A DNA stretch of 64,000 bases from Histomonas meleagridis 2922-C6/04-290x (Eukaryota > Protista > Parabasalia), in NCBI GenBank assembly GCA_020184695.1, contig JAANOX010000261.1, positions 1 to 64,000 of the forward strand. Direction: 5' to 3'. Shown piece after piece: positions 12,331 through 25,479 of this stretch. Under the pieces are notes generated by a model. It worked only from the letters and a program-made list of their open reading frames with translations. It was not told the origin of the DNA and did no database searches. Made by a program: the position numbers and the translations under genes. The stretch's first letter is position 1. Each line of letters starts with the position of its first letter.

Positions 12331-15300
12331 AATAACAAATAAATATTAAACGCATAATGCATACAATATTGAATTATTATTAATATGAATAATAAATAAA
12401 AGCGTATACATAAAAAGAAAATTAATTTATTAGTTTAAGTCGATAATAATCAAATATTATAATCAGCAAAATCAATTAATTCATATAATATTTCATAAAT
12501 AGCTCAATAAATCAAATATAATATATTCTATTTAAATCCAATTAAATTTTATAAAAATAATTTGTTTAAATATATTTGTAATCGAATAAATTATGATTAT
12601 TGATATCTGAGACATCTAGCTCATAAAATTAATAATATAATTTCATAAGATAGAGTGAATGGGTTTTAATATATATCGAGAAATATATGAGGGTCAATTT
12701 TGATTGACTCACATATCTCTCACATCAAATGAATAAATAATATTTTGAATAATATTATTTTATTATATAAGTTTTGTGTATTAATAAACTAGAATTAAAG
12801 TTTTTAAACTTTTATTTGATAATGATTTGTTTGAAATTTTGGTGATGACCAAAATTTCATTGAGAAAAGTTGATCATGGTTGAATTTATGTCAATTTTAT
12901 AATTAAATATCTTATCCTCATTTTATTTAGAATATAAAATCATGTATGTAATATTAAATAATCTAGTTAGAAATTATATATGCATAAGAAATTTAAAAAT
13001 GATGAAAGTCTAATGTTATATTTAAAGTATGAAAGTTATTAAATTATGTTGTCAGCTAATAAAGTTCTCATCCGTAACTCAATGTTAATTTTATATAACA
13101 ATTTATGTTTGCAACTCTACTTGATGAAAATACCCTTTTATTTCACATTATAACTGCAGTTATTTCACTTGTTTGAGTAAATAGTCATAAATTATTAGAA
13201 AATATAATCATTTAAGAGAATTTCTTATACAAAAATCGATACATTAACTTTAAGGTGTTTTATATAAATTCAATTATATTATGATAAAATAAGATATTTA
13301 TATATTCATAAAATCGAAATATATATTATTGATATATGAATAGGGGGTAAATATAAATTGATCTAAATACCCTAATTTCTGGTTAGTAAGAAAAAAGTTT
13401 TAAAATATTATCTGATTATGTAGAATATGTATATTAACATTTAATGCATCAGCATATTATAGTTTTATTTATATATAATTTATTTTTCTTGCCCAAAAAA
13501 TTGGGTTATTATTCGGCAAAAAGCTTACAATAAAAACAAGCCTCATAATATATTGTAAATTACATAGTCAAAATGTTTACGAATGTAACTATTCATATTC
13601 TTATGTTATCTATGGTGTTCAAATGTGTTTTTCATATGTTATTTGATATTCTTATGAAATATATATGTTTTTCCTGTTCATTTGCTTTTTCTATTATAAA
13701 CTTATAATAATGTATAAAGTATATAATAAATAATATATGTGTGGTACTAGTGTGCATTGGGTGTGTATCGGTATGAACCATCATATAACTCCTGTTTTCT
13801 TATTATTTTGTTAATAAAAAATTAAATTTATGGAGATATATTATCAAAGAAATATTGTTCATTATAAATATGTGCCTTAATGAATATATTATGATATAAA
13901 AAGGATTTTTTATCAAATAGCATTATCAGCGTAAATTGTTATATAGAATTGACATTGAACGATGAATAGGTTCTTTATTAGTTAATAAATGTAATAATCA
14001 TCACTTTCATATCTTAAATAGAACAGATGGTTCCCATTCATTATTATATAAATAAAAACCTTCTTATGAATCTTTATATGTATTTCTCAAAATTCATTTG
14101 AATGATGTACCATTTCATTATACCTAACTACCGTTATTTTATATGGGGTTTACTTTCGAACATATTTTATTTAATACACAGCATACATAAAAATATCCAA
14201 AATTATTTAATGTGTCGTCTTATATTACCCTAATATATTTTTGGGATTAGATAATCAATATTTAGAAAAGATCTTTGTAACTAGCTAAATCAAGTTACTA
14301 TAGTGCATTTTATGAGTTTATTTGTATAGGCATGATAAATCCACTTTTTTGAATTTTTTACAAATCATCTTTGAAATTCTTATACATACATTATTTATTC
14401 TAATTAGATTCTTCGATATTTCATATATGATTTTATTTTTTTTATATATGATGAAAAGATATTTAATTACGAAGTTTTGGAAGAATTAGACCATTATTTT
14501 TTCGGACTTTTTTAAAGTGATTTAGGGAACTACGAAAATTTCTAACGAACTTTTATCATCATTTAAAAATGAAAAAAAATTTATCTTGACTTATCATGAA
14601 TATTATTTCATATTTATATTAATTAATATTCTCAATTATGTGCATATATTATGTATTTTTAATGACTAGTTCTTATATCTTCCCAGTATACCTATGACCG
14701 AATTTTGGAAACCAATTTAATATATATTATTATAAATATTGAGTTCAATAAATATATTATATCTGAGAATGTTGCGTGTCAGTGCATATTTGTCATATTA
14801 AAATTGAAAATATCGAATAATTTAAAATTATTTAAAAAATACGATGGCAATTTATAAATTCTCAGAAATTTGAATGTCAAAAAATGTGGAACATAGAAAT
14901 CGAATTTGATAAGGAATATTTTCTCACAAAAACATTTTGAATGAGAATTTTTCAATGCTATTCAAAAAATCACGCATAATTGAAAGGCATTTCCACTTTT
15001 CGAGAGGAAGGTATTCAAATTTTCCCATTAGGTTGGAGAGTACCTAGAATAACCATTATTGTTTATGATTTCGAATGTGATTGTATTCCAAATATTTATG
15101 GCAATTCATTTATTTCATATGATAACAACATTCGTTTCGATGATAATCAAGAATTAAATATTAATCGAATAACACAACATGATAAAAAATTATTCTTAAT
15201 ATCAAATTTTCATTTTTACAATCGCGATTGTTTCACTAATATAATTTGATAATAAATAAAATATACAAAATTCAGAAAGATGATTGAAATTAGATTTTTT

Positions 15301-15769
15301 TCTATTCAAATTTTTCTTCATTAGGCTTTCGATTACATTTATTCTATAAGATTTTCCATTGAATATAGTACTCGTTTTCATAGTTTTGCTTATGCCCAGC
15401 ATAGTTGATTCAAAGTTGAATTTTTTATTTCTTTCGCCATATCAGAATCAAATTATTAATGAAGAAATTTGTAGGAATACGATCTAGTTTAAACTGAGTA
15501 TAGTGAAAAACTGTCAAAATACATGAATATTTCCATATCTTTATACTTTATTGTGATGGAAATTTACCAAAAAACTTACCATCACTTTATTTAATCACTC
15601 GAAAATTTATTGCATTATGATAAATTCACAGAGTTTTATTACATAAAACGTTATATTGTAACGAAGTATTATAAGGGTTTGAAGTAATCTAATTGATTAG
15701 ACTACTTGGGCATAAAAAAGGGGATATATATTATACGTATAATATATTAAATATCTCTTTCATTTTGAA

Positions 15770-16230
15770 CTTATGAAATACATCATTTCTAACATGTTCC
15801 ATTGCTGCTCGTATATCTGCGACATGAACTTGCCCGAATGTTTTTGCAATTAACTCTATGATTTCTCATTCATCATCGAATTTTACACTGTTTTTAAAAC
15901 TAATATTTTTCAAATTCCTATTACATTTTCGATTGGATTTAAATCTGGAGAATAACCAGCATTATAAACTACTTTGTGATTTGTTCCACTTAATATTTCT
16001 TCAGCGTGTTTGTGAATTGGTGCATTGTCCATCCAAAACACAATATTTTCTTTAAAATGTATTTCTTTGACAAGATATTTAAAAAAAGCTTCAAATATCT
16101 CATCTGTTACAAATCATCTAATGAATAAACAATATTGCATACCAGTCGAACTAATTGCAAATAGAGAAGTACCATGAAATCCTTTTATAGTTTCAGAATT
16201 TTTCAATCTTAATGATCCTTCATTCCAACC
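15770..16230 (-). mobile_element. Tc1/IS630-like transposase C-terminal relic
   Basis: The minus strand reads WMDNAPIHK and YSPDLNPIEN, with stops around them. Confidence 0.8.
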
Positions 16231-16239
16231 TTTTACATC

Positions 16240-16600
16240 GACGTAACCCACCTCGAATGATGTTTAATCAACGCGATATCAATCATATCCTGCTTTAACC
16301 AGGAACTATTGTTAATAGTGTCTGCTGAAAAGCATATCCGATTGCTATTCAGGAACTCAATGAGAACGAAAACATGTGTATTAGTCATCAAACCGTCAAT
16401 CATTCTGTAGAGTTCAAGAGCCAAGACGGCGTGTACACAAATCGAGGGGAACTGGAACGGAATGAAAATTGGTATGACCAGCAGACACATGCACCCAAAA
16501 ACTGCAGACAACAAGATCATGGTGTTCATATGGAGGAGGCAAAACAAGTGCAATCTCTGAAATGCTTCATCGCATACATTGGCTGAGGTTCAATTGAACG
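16240..16600 (+). mobile_element. ISXO2/Merlin transposase C-terminal relic
   Basis: PGTIVNSVC*KAY and HQTVNHSVEFKSQDGVYTNR match the PGxxIxSDxWxAY and HxxVNHS..DGxHTN patterns. Confidence 0.75.
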
Positions 16601-16850
16601 AATGAGCCATTAACACCATAAGCCCATTTTTTCTTCTTCTGTTTTAACTCCTCCCCAAAGTCTTGTTTGGCAAAGTCTGGATATCGATGTTGAGAATCGA
16701 TCGTATGATACTCAACATCAACAGTCATGGACTTTCGGCTGAACTTATGCTTTCTTTTTTATCTTAAAAATGATCAAATGTTGGTCCATAACCGTCTGTA
16801 TATTTTCCTGGTATGTTTTTCGGCCATGTTTTCCTTAATAAACTCTTTGT
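16600..16850 (-). mobile_element. Possible further transposase relic (ISXO2-like)
   Basis: EFIKENMAENIPGKYTDGYG resembles the I.ENI.PG..I.TDG pattern. Short and degraded. Confidence 0.35.
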
Positions 16851-17831
16851 ATGTAATTTTCATCTCAAATTAAAAGTTATTAAAAAGTCATTTTGAGATT
16901 GACTCAGGATTATTCACAATACTCTATTGAAAATGGCACAGGTGTGCAAAATATCTTTACCACAATATACCTATTGTCCTATTTGTCAACAAATATACGT
17001 CGGTAGATTTTATTTTGACCAAATAAAGAAACAAATACATATCGTAAAAACCGGTACGTTCAATTGCATTCAATTTCGGACGGCTCCTTCAAAATGCCCA
17101 TGTTAAAATGTGCTAATAAATTTATGTAAATACCAATTTTTTTCGCGAAATCGATTATAATATTAATTAAATATATAATTAAATAAGTTTAATATATATA
17201 CACATGATATATACTAACAGTTTAAATTTAACATGGAGAAATTAAACTTAACACATCAATAAAATTAGACGAATAAAATTCTTATGCCACAGGCTTCACA
17301 AGATTTTTTTAAATTTATTCAACAATTATTCGAATTCAATGAATATATAAAAATTATACAAATGTAAGGATATTGTCTGATTATTTTTTGTCTTTATGGT
17401 TTATTTTCAATATAATCTATAATTATTATAACCTAAAGTTCGACTTAAATTCTATATTTGCTTTGGCTTCTTTTAGAGACATAATTGTCCATAATTTTGT
17501 AACTTCATATATTAAATCTTTTTATGTTAAATTAGTTTTTTTATATATAATAATTATATTGACAGTTTCAAAAATCAACTGATTTTCATTATCAGTATTT
17601 TCATCATTTGTATATTCTTCAAATTTATTTTTCATCCAAATTTTTGCTGAAAATTCCAATTAGGAATATAACCTTCAATAATTATTTGAGTATTTTCAAA
17701 ATCATGATTTGCTGAAATAATAATGTTTTCAATATATGGCTGAGAATGAACGGCAGTATGCTTGAATGGAAGTTTGGAATCCCAAAGCGATCTTCATAAA
17801 TTTTATCACATCCACAATTGCAATCTTATTA

Positions 17832-18187
17832 GAGCCCGGGGTAAAACCCTGTTTAAACCCATTTTAATTTAATTGCATTTAATATGAACTGTTTAACATC
17901 CGACTGATTATCCTTTCGATTTCATTAATCATAATGAATTGAATTTTTGAAACTTTTTGAGCATGGCGTTTTTAATATATGTATTAGAATATATTTTGAC
18001 CTATTTTATATAAAATTTTATATATTTTAAGTATATTATATTTAATCATCATAATAAACCACTGAAATTCATTTTTTGTGCGCATAATCAGAAGGCCAAA
18101 TATTACAATTCGATTATTTTCTATCTAAATGACTTTTTCATAGAAAATCCAGACTTGTCCGTCTTGACAGAGTTTTTCCCGGGGCTC
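17832..18187. mobile_element. 356-bp MITE with GC-rich TIRs and TA flanks
   Basis: TA|GAGCCCGGGGTAAAACCCTGT ... ACAGAGTTTTTCCCGGGGCTC|TA. Confidence 0.75.
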
Positions 18188-18199
18188 TATAATTATTTC

Positions 18200-18620
18200 T
18201 AGTTGCTTTCTTATTAAATTTATCGAGCAATTTGTTTGTACTCCGTAGCAATGATTTTTTGAGTAACGGTTGAATAACTTCTGAGGATGCTTTGATTTAA
18301 TTCACGCTTTCATTAAGTGTTCTATGATAACGTTCAATGTGATTTGAACATGAACCTACACCAAGTTCCGAAGGCTCCATCGACACTTTCATCCGCTCAC
18401 TACGATAATCAAAATTATTTTTAAGAGCCATACAATTCGTTTGAAAAATTGAATAAACGCGAAATTTTTTGTAAGGAACTATAGCAATTCAATGACACTT
18501 TTTGTATAAACCTATCAAAACACTCACAAATTGTCCCCCAATCATGTATCTCATTCGATTTTTCAATAGTGTAACCACTACAATAAAAATCAAAATTCCC
18601 AGCAATTGAATATATCATAG
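18200..18620 (-). mobile_element. Mutator (MULE)-like transposase C-terminal relic
   Basis: CSNHIERYHRTLN resembles the MULE (T)NNxxExxHxxLN motif. Homologous by eye to 25550-25771. Confidence 0.5.
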
Positions 18621-18831
18621 TTTAAAAAATGTTCGACCGCTAGAATATCACTTCATTTACACAATATTTTAACTCATTTATTTGATGAACAAATCAGTAA
18701 CTAAAACGTATTTTTCTACTTTTAATAAAAATATCGCACTGGTGGACATCATTGAAAATAATCATAGATTTTTTATAAACCTACATCACTTTTTTTGACC
18801 GTTAAAAGTACGTTAAAGACCTGTTTAGGTA

Positions 18832-19611
18832 CAGTTTTTTCCAAAAAAATGAAGCGTACGAACGAAAGACCATTACCAGGAATGACCAAAATGGAACTAC
18901 ACCAGGCTCTATCGGAGTATTTCTCATGAACAGGTACTCGAGCAATTTTACGAGAATTTTCTAAACAAGATAATTCATTGGTTAACCAAGCAGTGAAAAT
19001 CCATCGAATTATTAAAGATTCAGACACAATGGACATTACAATCAGTTCATTAGCTAAATTATTAAATATTGACAGGGGTAATTTGAATCGGAAGATAAAT
19101 AAAAAAGTACAAAATAAACCAGGTCACCCATCTTATTTAACACAAGACCAAGAAGAAGAACTAGTTTTATATTTACAATTAAGATGTGTAGTCCACGAAC
19201 CCATGACACCTAAAGATATAGATGATTATATTTCAAACAATGACAACATCGATGTTAGTCCATCATGGCACAATCATTTTGTAAAACGACACAATTATAT
19301 GATTTGTATGACAACTGCATATTTACAGGAGAAAGGACGAATTTATCTAATCAAACAAGATGGAGAAACTCACATCGATAATTTAAAAAAATATGTTGAA
19401 GGGGTTCCAACTGAATTAATTTTTAATATCGATTCCAAAAGTGGTCAGATAAAAAAAAATAAAAGAGTAATTGCTACGATTACTCTTGAAAAAAACGCCT
19501 TAGTATTATATGTGCAATTTCTATGGCAGGTGACACATTGACACCAATGTTTATCACCCACAGATAGACAATTTACAAAGAAATTCAAAGTACTGGTATA
19601 AGAGATCCTCA
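18832..19611 (+). mobile_element. Second pogo/DDE_1 element, 3'-truncated
   Basis: Starts TA|CAG at 18832. The reading frame from ATG 18849 (one TGA) gives an HTH (SSLAKLLNIDRGNL, GHPSYLTQDQE) then VPTELIFNID. After a frameshift, ICAISMAGDTLTPMFI matches the first pogo. Ends abruptly at ~19611. Confidence 0.85.
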
Positions 19612-20980
19612 CTAATCATCATAAAAAACCACATTAACGAAAACAACACATTGTTCGATAAGTGTTCTAGTTTTTTTATCTGATTTGGTTAATATATTAT
19701 GAGAATATTCAAAATTAGCAACTTCATATTTAATATTATATTCAGATTTAATATATTTATCAAATAAGTCCATATTTATATCAGATAAAAATATGAAAGT
19801 ATATAGAAAATGTATTTTATTTTTACTCAACAACTATTGGGTAAAGTTAAAGTAATCCTTCTAGCTTTTATCCATATAGTAAATCTAGTGTGTTGATCTC
19901 CGATTTTAGAATACTCACAACATATTCACATTAAAAAAACTTGCTGGTGATTCTTTAATAAGTCCATAAAAATCATTAAGAGATATATTTGGGAACAATG
20001 CTATATAAAATAATGTCCGTTTCAAATCCTTTTGTATCGATTTTACAGTCTGAAAACATATTGTTAGTTTTTATGATAATTTCATTAAATCAGTTTCTAT
20101 ATTTTTTATTAATACATGATTAGCAAAATCTTTTAAAATTAATAGCATTCCGTTATATTATTTTTTTATTGAAATTATTTACACATTAAAGTTGAATTAA
20201 TTTTTCTAGTTTTCATATAAATATTAAATCTAGTGTGCTGATCTTTGATTTTACTATATTCCTTTCACATCTTATCTAAATTAGAATAAATGGCAGGGTT
20301 TTCTATCATTAATACGAAAAAATTCTCTTATGATATACTAGGTAATAATATTACATCATCCAACGTTTTCAAATTCTTTGGTATAAAATATACTAACTTA
20401 TTGTAAAGAAGTTACATATGATATCCAACCTCGTTGAGGTATAATATATATTTTTTCATCATAAGTATTATCATTATCATTAGTATTTTCATATATATAT
20501 ATTATCATATTTCATATTTTTATATTTATGTTATAGTTTCTTTTGATTGTTTCTCAAACGTTCGATTTTTAAATTTTAATATATAATATGTTGCATTAGA
20601 AATTGACCATTTGAAAGAAATATTTTTTAATATTTTCTGTATTATGGCCTGTAAACCCGCTGCCATAACAGCGCTTTATTTTGGATATTCTCTATATCAT
20701 TAGTATATTTTTTAGTGATTATTCGAGCATTACCATTTTGAATAACATAACATCATGATATTAATTATCAATACCATTTTTTGCACTAATAATAATAATA
20801 TCTTTTTCTTGTTTAGTTAATTTGTTAATGGGTTTTTTCGCAATAATTATTTTTTCATCAATATTTTCAATAGAAGTATTTTCATTAACAGTATTATTTT
20901 CAATTACTGTATCTGGTGTCAACTCAACTTCTGTATCAGCTTACTCATTTACAAAAAATAAAAATTATAGATTATATATT

Positions 20981-21406
20981 TTATATTACAGCAAGTTTTG
21001 AAGATGAAATTGGTTGCTGAATCAATTCTTTATTATGTAATTTATCAGAGATATTTTTACCAGCTTGAATATAAGGATGTGTTTTATCATTATTAATTTC
21101 TAGTGCTTTATTTTTAACTCTAAATGATATTTGTTTTTTTCTATTCATTGCACCTTTAATTTTTTGTTTGAACTTACTATCAAGCACCATATCTACAATA
21201 CTATCAACTTTATCTGTTATCTGTTGTTTTTTATCCCTAACAGTTTGGATAGTTTGAGGCATTTTGCTAATCATTTCAATACCTTTTCTCACGTATGGTG
21301 ATACTTTTCCAATTATTTTCTTTACGAGATTTACTATCTTTTTAGCTAATCTACCTGCACCTTGGATGAATTTTCTAATTCCACCAAATATATTGCCTAA
21401 TCTCAT
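20981..21406 (-). CDS. Small basic protein with N-terminal amphipathic helix (adenovirus protein VI-like)
   Basis: MRLGNIFGGIRKFIQGAGRLAKKIVNLVKKIIGKV from ATG 21406. Confidence 0.55.
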   Translation of the reverse strand: MRLGNIFGGIRKFIQGAGRLAKKIVNLVKKIIGKVSPYVRKGIEMISKMPQTIQTVRDKKQQITDKVDSIVDMVLDSKFKQKIKGAMNRKKQISFRVKNKALEINNDKTHPYIQAGKNISDKLHNKELIQQPISSSKLAVI

Positions 21407-21503
21407 TTTTATTATAGAAAAATAACTATTATATGTCATAAAAATTATGAATAATGACATTAATGATGAGATATAAAAAACACATTTCAAAACATATAAT
21501 CAT

Positions 21504-22130
21504 GTGAAAAAACATATTCAAAATAAAATATCTAATAAGAAAATAATAAATATTATTGAAGATGTACTTATGGATAATTTTTTTAAAAGAAAAGATATTA
21601 AACCATATATGATAAAGATATTTAGTGATAGATCTAATACTTGGTTTCATGATTCATTCAATAATGGTAAACATAATCCACGTTATTGGTATATATTTAT
21701 TAAAACAAATAATAGATATGTGATAGTATATCCGTTAGAAAGTAAATCTGCTATAGATATTAATTATACATATTAAAACAATTTTTTAATACATATCATC
21801 CAGTAAAATTAACTTTTGATGAAGAACCTGGGTTATTAGATTAAAATAATATTGAATTATTGACAGATAATATTGTTAGATTGTATATTATCACAGATAA
21901 AAACCATTGTAGTTTAGGTATTATTGATAGATTTATTAGAACATTAAAAGATATGAATACTTCAAATGAGAAATCTAAGCACCAATCTCACGATGAAATA
22001 TATATATATATATATTACACAATTTAGAATGAATATGTTTATAAATATGTATGATAATAGTTATCATTCTGCTATGAAATGTTCTCCAAAAAAAATGTTT
22101 GATAATAAAATATTAGAAAAAGAGTATACA
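21504..22130 (+). pseudogene. Retroviral-type (rve) integrase, Maverick-like
   Basis: TWFHD, YWYIFIKTNNRYVIVYPLESK, KLTFDEEPG, HCSLGIIDRFIRTLKDMN and HSAMKCSP across stops and frameshifts. Confidence 0.8.
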
Positions 22131-22619
22131 TTTAGATGTTAAAAATTAGCAGAAAAACAACATACTGACAATTTCCGTTTAAGTAAGGAAGTTAACCGTA
22201 TTCTCAAGTTAAATTCGTTTTCATTACATTTTAGAATGGGAAAATTAATTGAAATTTGAATGCTTTACTTGAATTAATCATTCAATAATTGGATATTAAG
22301 ATAGAGGTTGGCGCCATTTCAGTTAATGGAAAATCTCAGCATAAGTAAAATAATAGATTTAATTATCCCGTAAAATCCTAATATAAAAATCTAAAATGGA
22401 TATATTAAATCATATATATAAATTGGAAATCAAAATTGGAAAGTGGATTGAATTCATTTCTACGGTTTATTAACTTTTTTATAGCATTATCGTTTTTAGT
22501 TTATTTCAAATATATTTGTGAATTATTCACTTTACTATCCAATTTTGCATCAAGGAACAATTGTTCAATTAACTCAGCTCAGGAGGTGTCCAATTGCCAA
22601 AAACAGAACTATAATCGAA

Positions 22620-23070
22620 GGGGAGTTGATCAATGCTTGGGAGTGAAACAACAGATCTCAATCTTAATTTTCAAGTACCCATTGACAAAACTCTAATCGC
22701 ATCTGTTTTTGTACTTCTGTGACTTCTTGCTTGATAAGTGGCGGCCTGTAAATAAAACCCAGATTTCTTCTTGCTCTAGCAATTGTGGACTTTGAGATAC
22801 TTGTTGCAAACCTTTCCTTTACAGCTGAGGTATTGTCACCATCTGTAAGCCTGGCATTAGCATAAGAAAGCATCTCAATATAATCTAACATTGATTCAGT
22901 TAAACAGGGATATCGTCAGACTCTGTGATTCATTTTCACTCCCTTCTTTATAGTATAAATCCTCCTGGAGCTGATGTTCAGGATTTCCTGGATTGTTTCA
23001 TATTTCATATTCTCCGAAAGCATTTTCGAGCAAGAATTGTCCTCGAAATCTTGAAGGTCTATCATTTTGT
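22620..23070 (-). mobile_element. Tc1-like transposase N-terminal relic
   Basis: YETIQEILNISSRRIY (HTH), ISKSTIARARRNLGFIYRPP and QKQMRLEFCQWVLEN. Catalytic domain deleted. Confidence 0.75.
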
Positions 23071-23659
23071 CATATGACACACAGATCAAAAATTGACAGA
23101 CCCTCTACTTCTTCCTAGTTTTGATTTCCAGTTTAATGAAGATTTTGATGAATATGATGTATATGTATATAAATTGAATGTTTTACAAGATTATAACTAA
23201 CTCAGTAATGCCTCAAAATCAAAATGAACAGCATCAAAATAATTTATAAATAATAATGATATTGATATTTTCTATTGTTCGTAAAGTGACATGCTTTGAA
23301 TTTTCAAGGGTTTTATGGGTAGGGGATCAGTGTTAAAAAATTGTATTGATTTTGATCATATTTCCTCACATTTGAATTATCGATAGAACCAATAGTTACG
23401 GTTATGTTGAATCTTGAGATAAATATTGAAATACGAGAGCACGAAAAAACGATCATTTAATCATTTAATCATTCAAACAGATAAAATTTGGTAGTACAGT
23501 GTTTACCGAATAAGGTTCAAAAAGTCAGTAAGAATAAATATCTCAGATAAAAATTGAATATATAACTGTTATAAATTGTCAATATCATCGAAACTTTAAA
23601 TTTTGAATGATGGTGAGTTCAATTCAATTGAAATGTAATAATTATCACTTCACTTAAAT

Positions 23660-24170
23660 GAACAACATTGATCAGTATCTTTTGGCTTTACAGCAACAAT
23701 AACAAATACAGAATAAATATATTCGATGATAACAGTAATGACATTGAAGATGAAATTAAAAAAAAAAATAAATTCAAAGATTTGATTAATAACGAAGGAG
23801 AAATTGCTTTAATCACTTTAACAAGATTCAATATAAATGAATCCCATATCATTTTTGATACATACAAAGAATGATTAGAAAATACAGGGCAGGGTAGAAA
23901 ACATGTTCTACCATCAAAAGATATGCTCTTGATTACATTGACATGTCTTGTATCAGGATCAAAATTCAATATTAAGTTAAGTACTTATTGATAAAGGGTA
24001 TATTGGTTTAAACTCACAGGGGCACCTGGAGGCTATCGTCATTATCAAAAAGCCAATAGGAAAAGACCTTACACAAGAAATAGCTACCAATCCACGGACC
24101 GAAAGAGACGTGTCATAGTTGAAAACTATTTTGGTAGACTTAAATCGAATTTTGGAGTGTTATTCATAAA
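23660..24170 (+). mobile_element. PIF/Harbinger or ISL2EU-like (DDE_Tnp_4) transposase relic, internally deleted
   Basis: GQGRKHVLPSKDMLLITL, then LIDKGYIGL and RRVIVENYFGRLKSNFGVL. Confidence 0.8.
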
Positions 24171-24903
24171 TAAATATAACAATAAATGATCAATAATAAA
24201 TAATGATGAATGATAAATATTTAAAATACATCATGATAAATAATAATGAATGAATGAAATAATTAATAATGAATGAATGCATAAATTAGCATATAATGTT
24301 TTAATAATCATCAATTAAATTTTGAATGCAATCTAATTTAGATTCAAAAATTTAATTTAATAGAATTAATAAAACTCTGATATAGTTAATAATTATTGAT
24401 ATTTATTAATATAATACAGCTGTTTGCTTTTTGTTTGGCTTGCTTTACAAAAGTAAATGTCTCGTCTAATAAAAGTAAATATCTGCATTTTTGAGTTGTT
24501 TATTTTTCATTATTTATTATCTTAAAGAGTGCATTATCATAATGAATACTCAATAAAAAAAAATTAAATTATATGCAAATTATTTAACATTAAAAATAAA
24601 TTATTTTTTCATCGAAAAATATTGAAAAACCAAATTTGAAAAAATGTATAATTATTTAATTTTTAATTTTTTAGATAAATCAATGCTCAAGATAATCTCT
24701 ATATCATCATAGATATGTTTTATAAATCTAAAATGTTTTTGCTAAAATATATGGAGAGAAAAAGCAAATTTAATTTGGTGCTCATCGCACCTGTCCTATA
24801 GGACAAAAAAATAATGTACACACAAATAATTCAAATAAAGTGTTGTGTCAAATTTATTAATATTCAATTTTTAAATATTTACTTTTGTAAAGCAAGACAC
24901 TCT

Positions 24904-24974
24904 GGTAGGTATATAATGCGGTCGGGACAAATCACAGGGATTCTAGGGGTCCCTGATCGCATTATATACCTACC
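24904..24974. mobile_element. 71-bp miniature element made almost entirely of TIRs, with 6-bp TSD
   Basis: CACTCT|GGTAGGTATATAATGCGGTCGGGA ... TCCCTGATCGCATTATATACCTACC|CACTCT. The same terminus recurs at 25429-25452. Confidence 0.85.
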
Positions 24975-25479
24975 CACTCTTTTTTACAAGCGTCACTTTT
25001 TTGCCAATTACTTTTGTGAAGCAAGAAAATTTTTTTGATAGAATAGACATTTTTTTGTAAGGCATTTGTGAACTTCTCAATTTTACATGATGCTCAATTT
25101 TATGACATATATATTTTTAAAACTAGCCAAACAAATAGCAAACAGCTGTAGTAATAGAATTATTAATTTATCATTTTTAATGGAAATATTTCAAACAGAA
25201 AATCACTTTTGTATTAAATATCGTACGTCAAATTTTTTTGAATGTGTCGTTTTTATTTACGGTTTTTTCACGTAAGAATTGAATACACATTCAATAATTC
25301 AATACAACTTAATTTTTTTGGAAAATATCACCATTTTTTCCCATGAATACAAGATATTTTAATCCAAAAAAACATTATAGATATATGTTTGTGAATGTGT
25401 AGATTCGATTAATGCTATTGGAATTTTAGGTAGGTATATAATGCGGTCGGGACTGATCCCGACCATTTCTTTTAACCGA

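Larger units (their letters stand above)
19612..22150. mobile_element. Decayed Maverick/Polinton-like relic (integrase, amphipathic protein, other broken ORFs)
   Basis: An rve integrase pseudogene on + is divergent from a small amphipathic ORF and further decayed ORFs on -. Very AT-rich; no termini found. Confidence 0.55.

Noticed and set aside
13780-14340. Possible remnant of a pPolB C-terminus or other gene on the minus strand
   Set aside because: Only vague resemblances (LYNNLR..KNP, VHTDT) across many stops. No defensible motif.
15202-15402. HTH-like transposase fragment (MLGISKT)
   Set aside because: Too short and low in complexity to assign.
24792-24805. 14-bp palindrome TGTCCTATAGGACA
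   Set aside because: Isolated and short, with no associated feature.
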